This document shows, in pieces, positions 30,448 to 32,000 of a stretch of DNA of 32,000 nucleotides (position 1 is the first letter of the stretch; each line of letters opens with the position of its first letter). Both the position numbers and the translations under genes were made by a program. The notes under the pieces are model-generated. The model did not search any database. It was not told the DNA's origin and saw only the letters and a program-made list of their open reading frames with translations. Source of the DNA: Pyrobaculum calidifontis JCM 11548 (lineage in GTDB: Archaea > Thermoproteota > Thermoprotei > Thermoproteales > Thermoproteaceae); NCBI RefSeq assembly GCF_000015805.1, contig NC_009073.1:1320001-1352000 (forward strand), read 5' to 3'.

Positions 30448-30928
30448 CCTCCACGGCGTCTACGTATCCAAACTTGTTTTTTAACTCTGCCAAGTACTCC
30501 TCCGCCCTTTCTCTAATTAGCAAGGCCGCGATCTGGGCCCAGTTGAAGAAGCCCCACTCGAGGGGGACTGTGAACTTCACTGAGAGGAACCCGTAGAGGC
30601 CGGACTCGTCGCATTTCACTGGGAATAGAGACATGGCGTAGTTGAGCCTGTACCCAGGCCAGGGGAGGTCCTCCACCTCGCCCAGGAGAGTGGTCTCCCC
30701 CTCCGCGTCGGCGCAACCAGCGGTGGTAAAGACGCGTATGTTCAAGTCTATGAAGCCCATCTTGTACCTACTCCCGTCGAGGACCACCAAGGCGTAGAGG
30801 TTGACGTCTCGGACCCAGAGGTGTAACTTTTCCGAGGGGTCTTGAAAGACGAGGACTTGGGGAAACTCCCGGAGGTAGACGGGGCGGGAAAAAGACCTTA
30901 TCTTTTTTTCAAACTCCTCAAATTCCAT
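30437..30928 (-). CDS. hypothetical protein directly downstream of and overlapping dsrB
   Basis: 163 aa from ATG 30928 (MEFEEFEKKIRSF...). Overlaps the dsrB stop (30918-30920) by 11 nt. No family recognised. Confidence 0.5.
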   Translation of the reverse strand: MEFEEFEKKIRSFSRPVYLREFPQVLVFQDPSEKLHLWVRDVNLYALVVLDGSRYKMGFIDLNIRVFTTAGCADAEGETTLLGEVEDLPWPGYRLNYAMSLFPVKCDESGLYGFLSVKFTVPLEWGFFNWAQIAALLIRERAEEYLAELKNKFGYVDAVEVTK

Positions 30929-32000
30929 CTCTGAGCCGCGGGTAGACGTCGCCGCGGGATCTGTAGGTGAGGAACGTCCTGGCAAACTCAGGCACTCTCT
31001 GGTAGTAGTCTCTAACCTTGCCGAAGCCCAGCAGATCGAGGAACTTAGTCCACCCCACTCTCTCGATGAAGTCGGCGAGTCTCTCGCCGGGCTGGGCGTG
31101 CTGCCTCCACGTCTCTACTATGTGCTTTACCACGGCCACTATCTCCTCATACCTCGGCGGATTTGCGGGCAACCACGGTATCAACACCCGGCCCAGCCTG
31201 GGGCCAGTGCCAGTGTTAGACATCTTGCCGCCCACGAGTATTGACACGCCCACGTTTTCTGGGTCGTAGTCAAAGGCGTCGCAGTTCTCCTTACACCTGG
31301 CGCAGTTGATGCACTTTTCCCCAATTAGGACGAGCTTTACCTTGTCCCCCTCCCTCCTCAGAGAAAGGGCGCCGGTGGGGCAGACTTGGACTAGGAATAT
31401 CTGCGACTCCGGCAACTTGGCCAAGGCCTTAGGCGGCGGGAGACACATGGGGAGGACCTCCTCGCGTATCTTCGGCGGGGCGCCCCACTGGCCCACTATT
31501 GCTATATCTATAGCTGTGCCGCCAGCGCACATGGCCGGGCAACCGCTGACGAAGACCCTGAGCTTTGCGGGAAGCGGAATCTCGCCAGTGAAGTAGGGCT
31601 TCAGCGCATCGCCGAGGGCCTTGCTAATACTTGGGCTATCCACCACCGCGGTGGTGCACGTCAGATATGCAGTACAGCTGTTGATTCCCCACAAGGCGCC
31701 GCCCCAGCCTCCCACTGGGAAGCCCAGCTTCTCCACCTCCTCCTTGATCTTAAGCGCCTTCTCCAGAGAGTCTGTCAGAAACTCTATGTTGCCTGCCATG
31801 GTCACCCTCAGCGCGCCTATGCCCAACTTGTCCGCAATATCGGCAAATTTGTCCAACGTATCCGCCGAAAGCCTCGCGTTAGGCGGCAACGCGACTTTCA
31901 CAGTGAATATCCTCTCCCCAGTGGCAGAGACGTGCTCAATTATACCATTGCCATGGAACTTCCTATCCACCCACTTTCCATAGTTCCTGAGTATGGCCTC
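30918..32000 (-). CDS. dsrB: dissimilatory sulfite reductase beta subunit, N-terminus beyond right window edge
   Basis: Siroheme/FeS-binding Cys pattern (NSCTAYLTCTT, SGCPAMCAG) and an inserted ferredoxin motif (CINCARCKENC), with overall colinearity to DsrB as I recall it. The frame stays open upstream of the track GTG 31970 to base 32000 (EAILRNYGKWVDRKF...), so the gene is 5'-partial here. Confidence 0.9.
   Translation of the reverse strand, partial: EAILRNYGKWVDRKFHGNGIIEHVSATGERIFTVKVALPPNARLSADTLDKFADIADKLGIGALRVTMAGNIEFLTDSLEKALKIKEEVEKLGFPVGGWGGALWGINSCTAYLTCTTAVVDSPSISKALGDALKPYFTGEIPLPAKLRVFVSGCPAMCAGGTAIDIAIVGQWGAPPKIREEVLPMCLPPPKALAKLPESQIFLVQVCPTGALSLRREGDKVKLVLIGEKCINCARCKENCDAFDYDPENVGVSILVGGKMSNTGTGPRLGRVLIPWLPANPPRYEEIVAVVKHIVETWRQHAQPGERLADFIERVGWTKFLDLLGFGKVRDYYQRVPEFARTFLTYRSRGDVYPRLRDGI

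Noticed and set aside
1-32000. CRISPR arrays, rRNA genes, IS elements or transposases
   Set aside because: No regularly spaced direct repeats, rRNA-like sequence, terminal inverted repeats or transposase/integrase motifs were seen in any frame.

Overview
Gene-dense, GC-rich archaeal chromosome segment. By inference it comes from a Thermoproteales (Pyrobaculum/Thermoproteus-like) crenarchaeon: it has a PaREP1-type ORF, two tRNAs with non-canonical introns, and TATA boxes about 17-25 nt from start codons, which implies leaderless mRNAs. Dissimilatory sulfur metabolism dominates the window: sat (12829-14190); aprBA (17195-19562) with a divergent NarI-type cytochrome-b-like membrane protein; a dsrK-like / sqr-like / DUF1641 / dsrM-like block (23118-27401); a dsrC-dsrN-tetrapyrrole-methylase operon (27673-29996); a dsrE-like gene; and dsrB running off the right edge. 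The left half holds a rhodanese / TusA-like / CDGSH / pterin dehydratase / peroxiredoxin group, an HxlR regulator, a TauE-type exporter and an HpcH aldolase. The left edge carries partial lipA and an ABC-2 exporter. Main observations: (1) an identical 9-mer GTGGAATAA abuts the TATA box at a fixed 38-39 nt from the ATG of four dsr-region transcription units, with degenerate copies at the same offset for sqr-like and sat; (2) the DsrK-like and DsrM-like genes are separated by an SQR-like flavoprotein plus DUF1641; (3) a MoxR-type AAA+ / VWA / unknown three-gene operon sits between sat and aprBA; (4) a 53-aa CDGSH ORF is missing from the ORF track and lies divergent from a TusA-like ORF whose catalytic Cys position reads His; (5) tRNA-Tyr (two introns) and tRNA-Arg (one T-loop intron) bracket a 619-aa orphan ORF. 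No CRISPR array, rRNA, transposase or integrase was recognised.
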